Positions 9,701 to 18,808 of a DNA stretch of 24,741 bases are shown piece by piece. Within the stretch, counting starts at the first letter, position 1. Each line of letters opens with the position of its first letter. The notes beneath the pieces are model-generated. The model had not been told where the DNA came from. It saw nothing but the letters and a program-made list of their open reading frames with translations, and ran no database searches. Origin of the DNA: an uncultured archaeon (GTDB lineage: Archaea; Asgardarchaeota; Lokiarchaeia; Sigyniarchaeales; Promethearchaeaceae); contig CAYRPF010000008.1 in assembly GCA_964426185.1 (NCBI GenBank), positions 25,651 to 50,391 of the forward strand, read 5' to 3'. A program made the position numbers and the translations under genes.

Positions 9701-12700
9701 AACCGATGTATATTTTAACGGCTTTTTCAATCTATCAGGCCACGGATGGAATAATTCATGGAATGGACTTTGGATGCCCTATTTTCAAGCCCTTCCAACT
9801 TCTAATGATTCCAGTGATGGTACTTTGGAAGTTATCAATCCTTCCACCTATACATTTGATACTTATCTGAACAATCAATTAATTTCAACATGGAACGCCA
9901 CAACTACTGTTTCAGAGCGCCAATTTGGTATTTTGGATTCACTTAATTTTACCGCTTATTTCAAGGATCAAGGAACTCCCCTTTCGGGTGCAAATGTAAC
10001 TCTTATAGATATAAATTCTTCTGCCGTTTGGATGGGTCAAACCGATGCTCAAGGCAAAATCGAATTTGTATTCAATTTCGGTCCAGGAAATATCACAGGT
10101 GTAAATAGCTTCCTCTTCAATGTTTCTTATGATGATGGGCTAATTGTAAATATCAACAGCACTCATTTCTATGTGTTTTTTAATGAAACCAAATCATATA
10201 ATTTTGATTCTCAATTAAATTTCACATCTTTTGATAGTTTGGCGCCATACTTAACTCGACAATTAGGTGTGAGTGATTTCTTCCAGCTTTCAGGGGTATT
10301 TGAATATGTTAATGGAACTAAAATTATGGGCGCACCTATAAATATAACAGATGAAAGTGATCCAACCGTTACGCGCCAAATTTTGACGGATGCAAGTGGA
10401 TATTATAATTGGACGCTTGGTTTTGGTTTTGCCAATAAAACTGGTCTTCATCGATACAATCTTTCTGTTAACTTATCCCAAGGTTCATATAGCGTTTATA
10501 TAAGCCATATCATTGAAGTTTATTTCAATGAAACTCTTAATTTTGCGTTTACTGGTTATATGAATTCCACGGATTTTAACACTTTAGGAATAATTCAAGC
10601 AGATTCTGGTAATACACTCCTAATTGATGGAGAATTTCTGTTGAAAGGTTCTGGATTCCAATCTGCTACTGTTACTTTGACTGATGGATTAAACGGAACC
10701 AGTTGGTTATTATCAACTGATGTTAGTGGTTATGTTAATTTTACCGTGTTCTTTGGTTCAAATATTCAAACTGGGTTGCGTGTATATAATCTTTCTGTAA
10801 AATATGTAGGTTCGGCTTTTACCATTCAAATGCAACGCGATTTATCCGTTAATTTTGATCCTGCCAATTTCTTTAGTTTGACGCCTTGGGATAATGTCAC
10901 AGGGGAAACTGTCGATTCTGGAGATCAGATGCATGTTACGTTGAAAGTTCTTCGTGGTGCAAGTGATTTCGATTCAGGTATTGCAACTTTAACTGACACG
11001 CTAAACGGTAGTTCATCTTGGCTTGATAATACAATTATTAACGGAAATTTTTCTTTCTTAGTGACTTTTGGATCGGGTTTACGGGTAGGAACTCACTCAT
11101 ATCTTTTGAATTATACATATACCGACCCATACGGTTATTATTACGAATATACTTATACAATTTCTAATGTAAACTTCGATCCATCGGCTTTTTACGTATT
11201 TAATCAATTTAACAATAATACTCCAATAGTATCTGGCGGGCAAACCGTTCATTTCGATACAGTATTTCAACACAATGGAATGGCACCAGAAAATCCTGCA
11301 GTAGTTAAATTAATTGACTTTGCCAATCGCTCAATGGATCAAAATCAAGGAGTAGATGGGAGTGGAAATTCTCAATTTGATTTATATTTTGGTAAAGGCA
11401 TCGTTACTGGCGACCATAGCATTACTTTGTTAGTAAATTATACAGATCAATATGGTTACGAGATATATTTTGAATACACAAATATCATTATCCATTTTCA
11501 ACCAACAGAAGGTTATCGTTTCCGACCATGGATGAATATCACCGATAATTCTTGGGTAGGTTTGGATGAACCGTTCCATATTTCAGGAATTTTTGATTAT
11601 AACGGCACAGGTTCTTTCGTTCCTGTTTCTGGCGCAAATATTACCTTAACAGATTTAACTGAAGGATCTACTTTAAATTCAATTATTACCACCGGAACTG
11701 GACAAGGGAATTTCACAGTGGAGTTTGCTGCATCAGGATATATTTTGGGTTGGCATGATTTCAAAATTAATGTATCATATACCGATGGAGCGGGATACCT
11801 GGTTTACTTTACCCATACTTATCATATTTACTTTAGCCCGAAAGGGTATACATTCGATCCATGGGATTCAACAGGTGGTGCTACCGTTGGAACAGATGAT
11901 ATAATAGATATTTCCGCAACCTTTGCCCATTACGGAAGTCCGATTAGCGGTGAAACCGTTCGACTTATTGATCAGACTGATCCCAGCATTGATGTCACAG
12001 ATATCACTGATGGAAGTGGTTATGCTAATTTTACAATCGGGTTTGCACCTGGAAATATCACAGGCTGGCATAATTTCTCCCTCTCTATTACATACGTAGA
12101 CGCTTACGGCTATACCATCGTAAATCAAACAAATGTATTGATTTTCTTCGATTATAACAAGAATTATCAATTACTCTATACCGATAATATTGTAGGTTCA
12201 GTGGGATCTGATGATACAGTAGATATTAATGTTCGATTTCTATCTAAAACTAACCCGGTTGCTGGAGTGGTTATTATCTTGAAAGATCCTGGTTCTGCTA
12301 CATTAGCAACTGGAATTACAGATGGAAGTGGATGGGCGAACTTCACATTAAGTTTTGGCCCCAGTAATTATACAGGTTTGCAAACGTATACAATCAATGC
12401 TTCCTATGATGGAATCACTTTTGTTGTGAACAAACAAGACACGTTTGATGTTAACTTTGATTACACTCAGAATTATCACCTGGATATTACAGATGATGAT
12501 ACTGGCCTGCAATATGGTGCGGGAGATTCTTTGCAGCTTAATTCCCAATTTCTCTCGCTGACAAATCCCGTTTCGGGTGCTTCTATTACCATTACAGACT
12601 CCGTTGAAGGGTTATTACATTCAGGAACGACTGATGGAAATGGATGGGTTAATTACACTGTAAACTTCGGTCCAGGATGGAATCCGGGCGCTCATGTAAT

Positions 12701-13829
12701 TACAGTGGCGGTTTCATTTGACGGTATTACTTATACTTATTCTGATTCATTCAATTACAATATCGATTTTAATGAAACTAAAAATTATATTTATTCCCCT
12801 TATGATACCATCGGTGGAATGACTCAAACCTTCGGAGATTCCGTGGAAATTTCTTGTGCATTTACCCTAAAAGGTGCAGGAATTGGCGGTGCTGCCGTAA
12901 CTTTGACCGATTTATCTAACGGAACCACTTGGAGTAGTTCCACGAATGGAAACGGTTATGCTAACTTTACTATTTCATTTAACGCAAATGTTTACCCAGG
13001 TGGTCATCATTATCAATTAGCTTTAACGTATGATGGAACAAGCTATATTATCACGAAACAATCCGATCATTGGATTTTCTACAAAAACCCGCTCAATATT
13101 TCTGCTGCGATCAGTGATTACTCATCTAACATGACTCTTGATCAAGTAGTTCCGTTCACATTCCATGTTACTGGAAATTTAGTGGACAGTAGCAATATCG
13201 CCCACGGACATTTAGATGCGCTTTTGTCAGTATATATTTATGAGGGAATTACCGATGTGAGTGATCTTTTCACATATTCTATGGTGATCAATTACTACCA
13301 TGATAATTCTGATGGAGCGTATGATATTTCTCTCAGTATAACCAACGCTCCTTACAGGGGGCAATTTACTGTTATCGTTGGATTTAATGGGAGTCTTGAT
13401 GTAGATTTGGGCAGTGTAGGTTATACTCCAGATGCTTTGCCTGTCAATTCGACGAGTGATAATGTGTATGCGTATTTCTGGGTCTATCAAAATACAACAA
13501 TTGAATGGGATTATACAATTGATAACAGTGAACTTCCATATCCATTAAATCAACAGTCTGGATTAATAATTGACGGTAGTGATGTTACCATTTTCGGAAA
13601 TCTCAGCGATTCTGATGGTATTAGGCTTGCAAATCAAAACCTTACAATAATATTATATGATAAATCTGGGAATGAATTGGATCAGTTCAATGTAACTACT
13701 GATGCTCAAGGACACTTTGAATTGTTAATAGAAGATTGTCCTTATGATCTGGATGAAATTCTTATTATATTTGATGGAAATACGGTGTTATTTTTAAATG
13801 ATATATCTGAAGGAGGTTCGATTTCGTGA
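6744..13829 (+). CDS. Giant (2361 aa) exported/surface protein: N-terminal TM or signal, degenerate transglutaminase-like domain, many Ig-like beta-sandwich domains
   Basis: Hydrophobic IIKLIILTSLVVGVYMF; TGase signatures ARLKGISARYVTGY, WVEAF, WVPFD; repeated TDxxGxxxF..G.H motif; abundant N-x-S/T sequons; Lys/Arg-poor composition. Confidence 0.88.
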   Translation: MVKGTAKVLTWKNIIKLIILTSLVVGVYMFNTTLIALLTDPTAGELERSQNENEIQPWDDVTKVELTFDPSAYIEALLNSDLLNNMSLEEQLELMENMFGDGIEDYLAQSELTPNEFFDTYDDELATLLDSLAGDSFSGDLLDQFNDPALVAVLIAKPMFFAAGNNPANPWNDQQDTLFKAKAFDQYDLVNFDWTEGSIGGSGTLIPDPDSSDQKFHLKVPVVITDQTVTTLFTNSPHPRILQDSLQVSPISPTSDPSLKSQSYLGGAWAESSFSLQDMTQMTNFSYDLLYNDNDYPSASYYNGLNLEMTDYTALDTEVEGCLTGPFDGTNTITWTQYRATHPNFASVASQLESYIGFTSATTTYQKMQAITDFVGANFVYNPLGDARPPEGEDPLEWFCQSGESQYPFEFSSLTVALARLKGISARYVTGYKYNDLLSESLGISSFYDSTDGMTYYPYLVGNIYTWVEAFIPTSDTTGDWVPFDNHFTATPQIPQSPDDVQFILTYNDGGFYPDIAGYERVDDFGANQSVDITLTYKFNDDPMGSQLINLYDVTYDQPLDFGYTDANGQITFSLDLNQLTVGPHTLNITTEYYGVPIFNITVVNVLGEVEIYSNVSNSIIVSGPNTPQTQGISGYAYDPVTHRNVANAELNFTGVKLATINEPIPQSFDVSPNSVVTGSSGTFSTSVSIPGFISADWGSQYEIFTNFLGVFDISADIAKFSPAFQTYFSSFPTRLPAHLAAGYTDSKNETFLMYNDNYYEYHFYLNTTRYSHNSSTPTYQDSLIYGSRSNLVLNFSASLWQGYNYSSGATIQIFDESEGNRLVTSFTTNSFGYGSILHDISSDAATDWTAGPHLLRMEWLGAPNTAETYFYIFIEEPVVVDQLSEVFNGGTGGLPSKTNVYFLNNELGDPYDNFTVYGCIYDAITGENLSNYVIHYRLFDRLGLPHNVSFLQQGVFSEEVTNPALGFSEKFNFFNFSAPSYDPFRTDVYFNGFFNLSGHGWNNSWNGLWMPYFQALPTSNDSSDGTLEVINPSTYTFDTYLNNQLISTWNATTTVSERQFGILDSLNFTAYFKDQGTPLSGANVTLIDINSSAVWMGQTDAQGKIEFVFNFGPGNITGVNSFLFNVSYDDGLIVNINSTHFYVFFNETKSYNFDSQLNFTSFDSLAPYLTRQLGVSDFFQLSGVFEYVNGTKIMGAPINITDESDPTVTRQILTDASGYYNWTLGFGFANKTGLHRYNLSVNLSQGSYSVYISHIIEVYFNETLNFAFTGYMNSTDFNTLGIIQADSGNTLLIDGEFLLKGSGFQSATVTLTDGLNGTSWLLSTDVSGYVNFTVFFGSNIQTGLRVYNLSVKYVGSAFTIQMQRDLSVNFDPANFFSLTPWDNVTGETVDSGDQMHVTLKVLRGASDFDSGIATLTDTLNGSSSWLDNTIINGNFSFLVTFGSGLRVGTHSYLLNYTYTDPYGYYYEYTYTISNVNFDPSAFYVFNQFNNNTPIVSGGQTVHFDTVFQHNGMAPENPAVVKLIDFANRSMDQNQGVDGSGNSQFDLYFGKGIVTGDHSITLLVNYTDQYGYEIYFEYTNIIIHFQPTEGYRFRPWMNITDNSWVGLDEPFHISGIFDYNGTGSFVPVSGANITLTDLTEGSTLNSIITTGTGQGNFTVEFAASGYILGWHDFKINVSYTDGAGYLVYFTHTYHIYFSPKGYTFDPWDSTGGATVGTDDIIDISATFAHYGSPISGETVRLIDQTDPSIDVTDITDGSGYANFTIGFAPGNITGWHNFSLSITYVDAYGYTIVNQTNVLIFFDYNKNYQLLYTDNIVGSVGSDDTVDINVRFLSKTNPVAGVVIILKDPGSATLATGITDGSGWANFTLSFGPSNYTGLQTYTINASYDGITFVVNKQDTFDVNFDYTQNYHLDITDDDTGLQYGAGDSLQLNSQFLSLTNPVSGASITITDSVEGLLHSGTTDGNGWVNYTVNFGPGWNPGAHVITVAVSFDGITYTYSDSFNYNIDFNETKNYIYSPYDTIGGMTQTFGDSVEISCAFTLKGAGIGGAAVTLTDLSNGTTWSSSTNGNGYANFTISFNANVYPGGHHYQLALTYDGTSYIITKQSDHWIFYKNPLNISAAISDYSSNMTLDQVVPFTFHVTGNLVDSSNIAHGHLDALLSVYIYEGITDVSDLFTYSMVINYYHDNSDGAYDISLSITNAPYRGQFTVIVGFNGSLDVDLGSVGYTPDALPVNSTSDNVYAYFWVYQNTTIEWDYTIDNSELPYPLNQQSGLIIDGSDVTIFGNLSDSDGIRLANQNLTIILYDKSGNELDQFNVTTDAQGHFELLIEDCPYDLDEILIIFDGNTVLFLNDISEGGSIS
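9844..13090 (+). repeat. Ten tandem ~103-115-aa Ig-like (Big-like) protein repeats
   Basis: Consensus G-x-P-x-SGAxxTLxD...TDGxGxxNFTxxFGxxxxxGxHxxxxxxxY; boundaries VFFNE, VYFNE, VNFDP, VNFDP, IHFQP, IYFSP, IFFDY, VNFDY, IDFNE, IFYKN spaced ~310-345 bp. Limits are approximate. Confidence 0.85.
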
Positions 13830-13866
13830 TATTTGTAAAAAAATATCACAAAACGAGGTGCATACC

Positions 13867-15648
13867 ATGAAATCAGTGATACGACCAAATAAATCTAATC
13901 GGAACCTAATTTTTGCTGTCATGCTTTTCTTGGGGATTTTCGGTGGAATTCTTTTTATTTCCCCTCATGATGCATTCTACAGCGTACAGAAAAATAAAGA
14001 TACCCTCGTAAAAGATATTTCTCTCAATTCTCCTCATAGTAGTGAATCTACCAATGTTTGGATTACTCTAAATCCTATTAACAATACACACATTACCAGG
14101 GGAGATAATATCACTCTTACTGGTCACGTTTTATGGTGGGATGCTCCTACTCTTAAAAATCTCACAAATTACCCAATATATCCAGTCGTTAACAACGTTT
14201 CATATAATGGACTTAGTGGAAATGCTAATCTAAGTGTTATTACAGATGCAGATGGAAATTTTGTTATTAATTATACAATTCAGCATAATGTTGATTTTAC
14301 CACAAACTTAACTATATATGCGAATCTGACTGAAAATCCTGCAAATAATATATACGTTGGACCAGATACCTTCTTAAGTGATCCGATTGAAATTGATGTG
14401 TTAGCGAGTTCAAGTATTTCATTTACAACAAATATTGTGGATCCAGTGCTGACTAATGATCAATATTCAGTTCTAATTACCTTAATCGATGACAATAATG
14501 TTCCTATTGCCGCACCCAATGTTAGTTTATATCGAAATAGTAATTCTTCGGATATCTTGCAGACAAATATCACTCTCGCTGCCAATGGTCAAGCTCAAAT
14601 AACCGTCACTCAAGAGGCAAGTTTGGTAGAATTGGGTGTTTTTTACCCTGGATTAAATCCGACCGTCCAAGATGGTTATGAATTCTTTCAAATTAGCCCT
14701 TCAAACTTTTCGCTGGTAATTCCCCGTATATCTAGCGTGCATGCTGAACTTTCTGTATCTAATGCGAAAAACAGTTCAGAAACTGGTGTTTATACAGGAG
14801 ATGATATCGAGATTTTTACAAAATTATGGATTAATGATGATACACAATCTCCATTAAATGGGCGAGAAATTGAATTTTTGTTAACTATTGGGGCTCAATC
14901 AGCGAGCTTGGGCCCTTTTACCACTGATCAAAATGGAGAAATTTCACAAACAATTAACTTAGCATCAAATGGACTTACAAATAATGGAACATTGGTTGTT
15001 GCAATATCCGTCAAAAATGGAGGTTCTACAGTCGTCCCAAGTAGCGCTATCCAAAATACTAATGAAATCAATATTGCCGTATTTGATGAGCCCGATTATG
15101 GAGGAATTGCTGTAAATATTACCATCCAACCTCCTGCCCAAAATTGGGTCAAAATTTTAATTCCCATTTTGATTGGAGCGGGACTAATAGGTGGATTAGT
15201 ATTATTCCAACGTTTCAGAATGGAACAATCTCACCGTCGATCAATTAAGCTTCGAAAAGTTGATCTAGAAAAATTTGCCATCATGAATTTACTTTATAAA
15301 GTTGATCGAAGGCGGGAAGCAATTGCTTATTCATATAAAATCTTTGCGGATTTAATTAATGAAAAATACGGACTAGTAAGGGAAAAGAATCAAACTCTGC
15401 GGGAATTTGCTATTCTCTGTGTCACAAAATATGGGTTAGATCCATTGAGAACATATCCCTATATTGCCTTAGTGGAGAATGTAACGTATGGGGCCTATGA
15501 TTTGACTCCTGAAGAGTATGAACGAGCAATGAAAGTGTTTGCCCGTATTTTCCAAGAAATCACTGGAACAGTCCTTAATTTCGCATTGGAAATCACATCG
15601 GAAACTGAGTTATTAGAAGGAGTAACCCTTAAAATCGGGGGAGATTGA
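13867..15648 (+). CDS. Membrane-anchored Ig-like ectodomain protein with cytoplasmic DUF4129-like domain
   Basis: Start moved from 13798 to 13867 (GAGGTG SD at 13855-13860); N-terminal TM LIFAVMLFLGIFGGILFI; TDADGNF and TDQNGEI Ig motifs; second TM ILIPILIGAGLIGGLVLF; QTLREFA...VENVTYG. Confidence 0.82.
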   Translation: MKSVIRPNKSNRNLIFAVMLFLGIFGGILFISPHDAFYSVQKNKDTLVKDISLNSPHSSESTNVWITLNPINNTHITRGDNITLTGHVLWWDAPTLKNLTNYPIYPVVNNVSYNGLSGNANLSVITDADGNFVINYTIQHNVDFTTNLTIYANLTENPANNIYVGPDTFLSDPIEIDVLASSSISFTTNIVDPVLTNDQYSVLITLIDDNNVPIAAPNVSLYRNSNSSDILQTNITLAANGQAQITVTQEASLVELGVFYPGLNPTVQDGYEFFQISPSNFSLVIPRISSVHAELSVSNAKNSSETGVYTGDDIEIFTKLWINDDTQSPLNGREIEFLLTIGAQSASLGPFTTDQNGEISQTINLASNGLTNNGTLVVAISVKNGGSTVVPSSAIQNTNEINIAVFDEPDYGGIAVNITIQPPAQNWVKILIPILIGAGLIGGLVLFQRFRMEQSHRRSIKLRKVDLEKFAIMNLLYKVDRRREAIAYSYKIFADLINEKYGLVREKNQTLREFAILCVTKYGLDPLRTYPYIALVENVTYGAYDLTPEEYERAMKVFARIFQEITGTVLNFALEITSETELLEGVTLKIGGD

Positions 15649-15702
15649 GAAGTTAAAACATTTAAGGGGAAAAGTTTAATACAATACTAATAGGTGTTTG
15701 TC

Positions 15703-16062
15703 ATGGCTAGAAAAAAGAAAAGCGGTTCAATGGATTTGGGTTCTCGTTTGAAGAATATCCAATTGTTAGTAGGAACAAAACGAATACGTGAAGCAATCGC
15801 GTATCAATATATGATTTTCGTTATTATTTGCACAGCGAAATATCGAGTCCAAAAGCATCCTTCCCAGAGTATTCGGGATTATGCTATGATCATAGTAAAA
15901 GAACACGGTTTAGATCCAGGTGTTGTTTATCCTTTCGTCCAAGAAGTTGAAAGTGTGATCTATGGAAATAAACCAATTACAGAAGAAATCTATAAACGTT
16001 CTTTGACTCAATTTGGAAAGGTCTTTGAAGAATTGGTGGGTAAACCTTTACCTCCTCTTTAA
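15703..16062 (+). CDS. Stand-alone soluble DUF4129-like protein
   Basis: AGGTG SD just upstream of ATG 15703 (MARKKK); colinear with the C-terminal domain of the previous ORF (REAIAYxY, SQSIRDYA, GLDP, VESVIYG). Confidence 0.82.
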   Translation: MARKKKSGSMDLGSRLKNIQLLVGTKRIREAIAYQYMIFVIICTAKYRVQKHPSQSIRDYAMIIVKEHGLDPGVVYPFVQEVESVIYGNKPITEEIYKRSLTQFGKVFEELVGKPLPPL

Positions 16063-16080
16063 ACAATATATTATAAATTA

Positions 16081-16140
16081 TCTGGATGAAATATTAAAGG
16101 ATTTTCAACCAGAAAAAAGTCAAAATTGTGTTTTTTTTTT
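16081..16140 (+). terminator. Imperfect hairpin followed by T10 tract
   Basis: TCTGGATGAAA (16081-16091) pairs with TTTCAACCAGA (16103-16113) at 10/11 positions; T10 at 16131-16140. Confidence 0.45.
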
Positions 16141-16206
16141 GAAATGGATACTAAAAGCATAATTAAAGGATACAATTCAAATTTCGATAGAAGGTATTGA
16201 TAAACT

Positions 16207-18705
16207 ATGAATTATGGTATAATACTATTTCCTTTGGGCTTATTGATGACAGCTGCTGGAATTGGAGTTGGTGCAGCAGGAGCACCTCCAGAGTTCTTTG
16301 TCCCAATTTTAATACTCGGTATTCTCATCTTCTTTATTGGATTTGCACGCCTAGTTCAAGGCAAAGAACGAAAAATCCTTGGGAAAATTATCCGACCAAA
16401 AGCTGCTGCGAGAAGCTCGATTGTGTGGGCTCTATTATTTTTCAATATTACTCCGTTTATTTTACTTAAAACTGAGGGGATTAAATATATCTTTAATAAC
16501 CTTCCCTTTCCAATCACTATCTTAATGTCGGAGAAAAATGTTGTTCAACAGTATTATTCCTGGGTACCGGCAGTTTTTGTAGCATTTCATGTAATTTGGC
16601 TGGTTTCTTTCTTCTTATCAGGAAAAATTCCAAAAATCATTAATATTTTTATGAATTTCATCATTACTCTCAGTTTTTCATTTTGGATGTCATTTGGAGG
16701 GCAATTTTTGCTATGGACCTTTGCTGCAGATAAAACTGATCTTCCTTTTATGGATCCTTGGCAATCAGCAACAACTATAGGAGAATTGGTTACACCTCTA
16801 ATTATCGGCGGAGTAATTATCATTCTTTCTTTGGTACTGCTATTGCGGATGATTAGAAATTTGCAAATCTCTTTTTCGAATTTAAACACCAAAGGAAAAG
16901 GAGGAAAAATGATTCTATCATATATTTTCCTTATTCTTTTTTATATCATTGCGATTTTTCCATTAGTCTTAGGGATTTACAATGCCATTCAATCGATCAG
17001 TCTAATTGTCCAATATACAAATTACATAAGCATCGTATTTTTAGCAATTGGAATTTTCAGCGTAATAACCAATTTAATCAATACTTCTAAAGACATGGGT
17101 AAAAAGATAGCTACCACTGGAACTGAAGGGACTGGTAGTAAAGTTTCCTTCGGAATTATGACCGCAGTTTATATTCTTGTTTTCATATTGACATGGGCTC
17201 CCATATTCATGCCTATTGTTGACAGTGGTCAAAATAGTAAAAGTAATTCAATTTACAATCCAGATTGGAATGGATGGTCTACTTTTAGGACAGGACTAGA
17301 AAACTTAGGCTATGAAGTACACCCGATTCAATCTTCTATCAGTACTGTTTCTCAATTAGATCCTACAAAACAAGTGATTTTAGTTGTGGGCGGGCCGAAT
17401 GTCTTTTATAATCCCGCTTCAGAAATACCTTTCCTATTGACTGCATTCCAAACGAATTTTTCCATTATGATATGCGATGATCACGGAACCGCTGAAACAT
17501 TACTTACAGAAGCATTTATAGCTTCAATGGCAGCCACTAAAGATCCCTCTAAAGCAACTCCTCTCACTTTCTTCCCAAAGGGTGTTTTATTAGATAACGA
17601 TTCTTTTTGGACTAATCCAGAATTTCCTGTTATCCAAGATTTTGCACCTCATGATATTACCAGCGGAATAAGTAAGGTAGTTTTAGATCACGCAACTGGA
17701 TTTTTAGGTGGAGAATTTCTTTCTGGATTTGGATGGAATTTCTTAGGCCAGACATCTGGACATTATTCTTTCATAGATATTAACGGCGATAATAAATACG
17801 ATCAAGATCAAGATTTCTATCCTTTTCCAGCAGCTATTGCGAATCTTCTAGCGGGACAGTCTGGAACGTTAGGGCTAATGGGTACATTTTTACAACAAGG
17901 AATTCCATTAGGTGGTTATGCTCAAGCAGTCTTTAGCTCAAAAGAAATTGCTTATCATGCAAGAACAGCTAATGGAAACGGGACATTTTCTAGCCGAATA
18001 TTTGTAGCAACTGATGCTTCTTGGTTAGACAACCAAATGGTAAGTTTACCTGGATTCGATAATCTGAAAATGGGTTTACAAGCAATAGATTGGTTGGCAT
18101 GTGACCGTTCACCATCAGAAACGATAGTGGTATTTGACGAAGCACATATTGCTCCAGATAGTCCTAAATGGAACGTAGGTAGAACTCAAATTTCATCTGC
18201 GGCCTCCTTTGGAGCGGTCCAATCTTATTTAAACTGGATGTCAACTAACCCCATATTAGCATTAGTTTATCCCATTTTTGCACTTCAAACTTTTCGAAAA
18301 TGGATTCCTAAAGAAGGAAGTAAAAAGAAGCTGCAACTCCAAGACTTAGAAGCATATGAAAGGGATCGAATGCGGTTAAAATTCAGAACTTCCAGTTTCT
18401 TTGCAAAGAAAATTAATTGGTATCGCCAGAAACGGCGATATCGTAAAGCTATATTAGAACTTTTCAGAAGGGTAGAACGAAAAGTTAATCGTCTTCTTGG
18501 AGAATCAGGAGACCGCTCTTTAAGTGCATTAATGCGCGCTTTGAGACAAGAACATGGCCAATATTATTCAGAAGATGTTTACAAACGCATCGAAAAGTTT
18601 TTCGAAAAAATGTTTAAAATCAAAATTGGGAAAGAACGAGTTCGTGATGAACACGAATTTGAACTTCTTTTCATGGAAATGTCTTGGGTTGCCAATAAGA
18701 TCTAA
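16207..18705 (+). CDS. Polytopic membrane protein with DUF4350 / GldG-like domain and basic helical C-tail
   Basis: About 8-9 hydrophobic segments in aa 1-335; SIYNPDWNGWSTF..L..LG, HDITSGI, RIFVATDASWLDN..DN...IDWL, VVFDEAH. Confidence 0.8.
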   Translation: MNYGIILFPLGLLMTAAGIGVGAAGAPPEFFVPILILGILIFFIGFARLVQGKERKILGKIIRPKAAARSSIVWALLFFNITPFILLKTEGIKYIFNNLPFPITILMSEKNVVQQYYSWVPAVFVAFHVIWLVSFFLSGKIPKIINIFMNFIITLSFSFWMSFGGQFLLWTFAADKTDLPFMDPWQSATTIGELVTPLIIGGVIIILSLVLLLRMIRNLQISFSNLNTKGKGGKMILSYIFLILFYIIAIFPLVLGIYNAIQSISLIVQYTNYISIVFLAIGIFSVITNLINTSKDMGKKIATTGTEGTGSKVSFGIMTAVYILVFILTWAPIFMPIVDSGQNSKSNSIYNPDWNGWSTFRTGLENLGYEVHPIQSSISTVSQLDPTKQVILVVGGPNVFYNPASEIPFLLTAFQTNFSIMICDDHGTAETLLTEAFIASMAATKDPSKATPLTFFPKGVLLDNDSFWTNPEFPVIQDFAPHDITSGISKVVLDHATGFLGGEFLSGFGWNFLGQTSGHYSFIDINGDNKYDQDQDFYPFPAAIANLLAGQSGTLGLMGTFLQQGIPLGGYAQAVFSSKEIAYHARTANGNGTFSSRIFVATDASWLDNQMVSLPGFDNLKMGLQAIDWLACDRSPSETIVVFDEAHIAPDSPKWNVGRTQISSAASFGAVQSYLNWMSTNPILALVYPIFALQTFRKWIPKEGSKKKLQLQDLEAYERDRMRLKFRTSSFFAKKINWYRQKRRYRKAILELFRRVERKVNRLLGESGDRSLSALMRALRQEHGQYYSEDVYKRIEKFFEKMFKIKIGKERVRDEHEFELLFMEMSWVANKI

Positions 18706-18808
18706 AAAAACAACCCGGCTACCATTTTTTTTAACTAAACAAATAATAAACACTGTAAAAAATCTATAAAAAATATAAACCAACTCAATGAAAAAGGAAG
18801 TAAAGAAA

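Noticed and set aside
6744-13829. Calling the giant a canonical S-layer protein, pilin or active protease/toxin
   Set aside because: No recognisable S-layer domain, class III signal peptide or intact catalytic triad.
13798-13866. Overlapping upstream start or programmed frameshift joining the giant ORF to the next
   Set aside because: A strong SD and ATG at 13867 followed by its own hydrophobic segment explain the ORF; there is no positive evidence for recoding.
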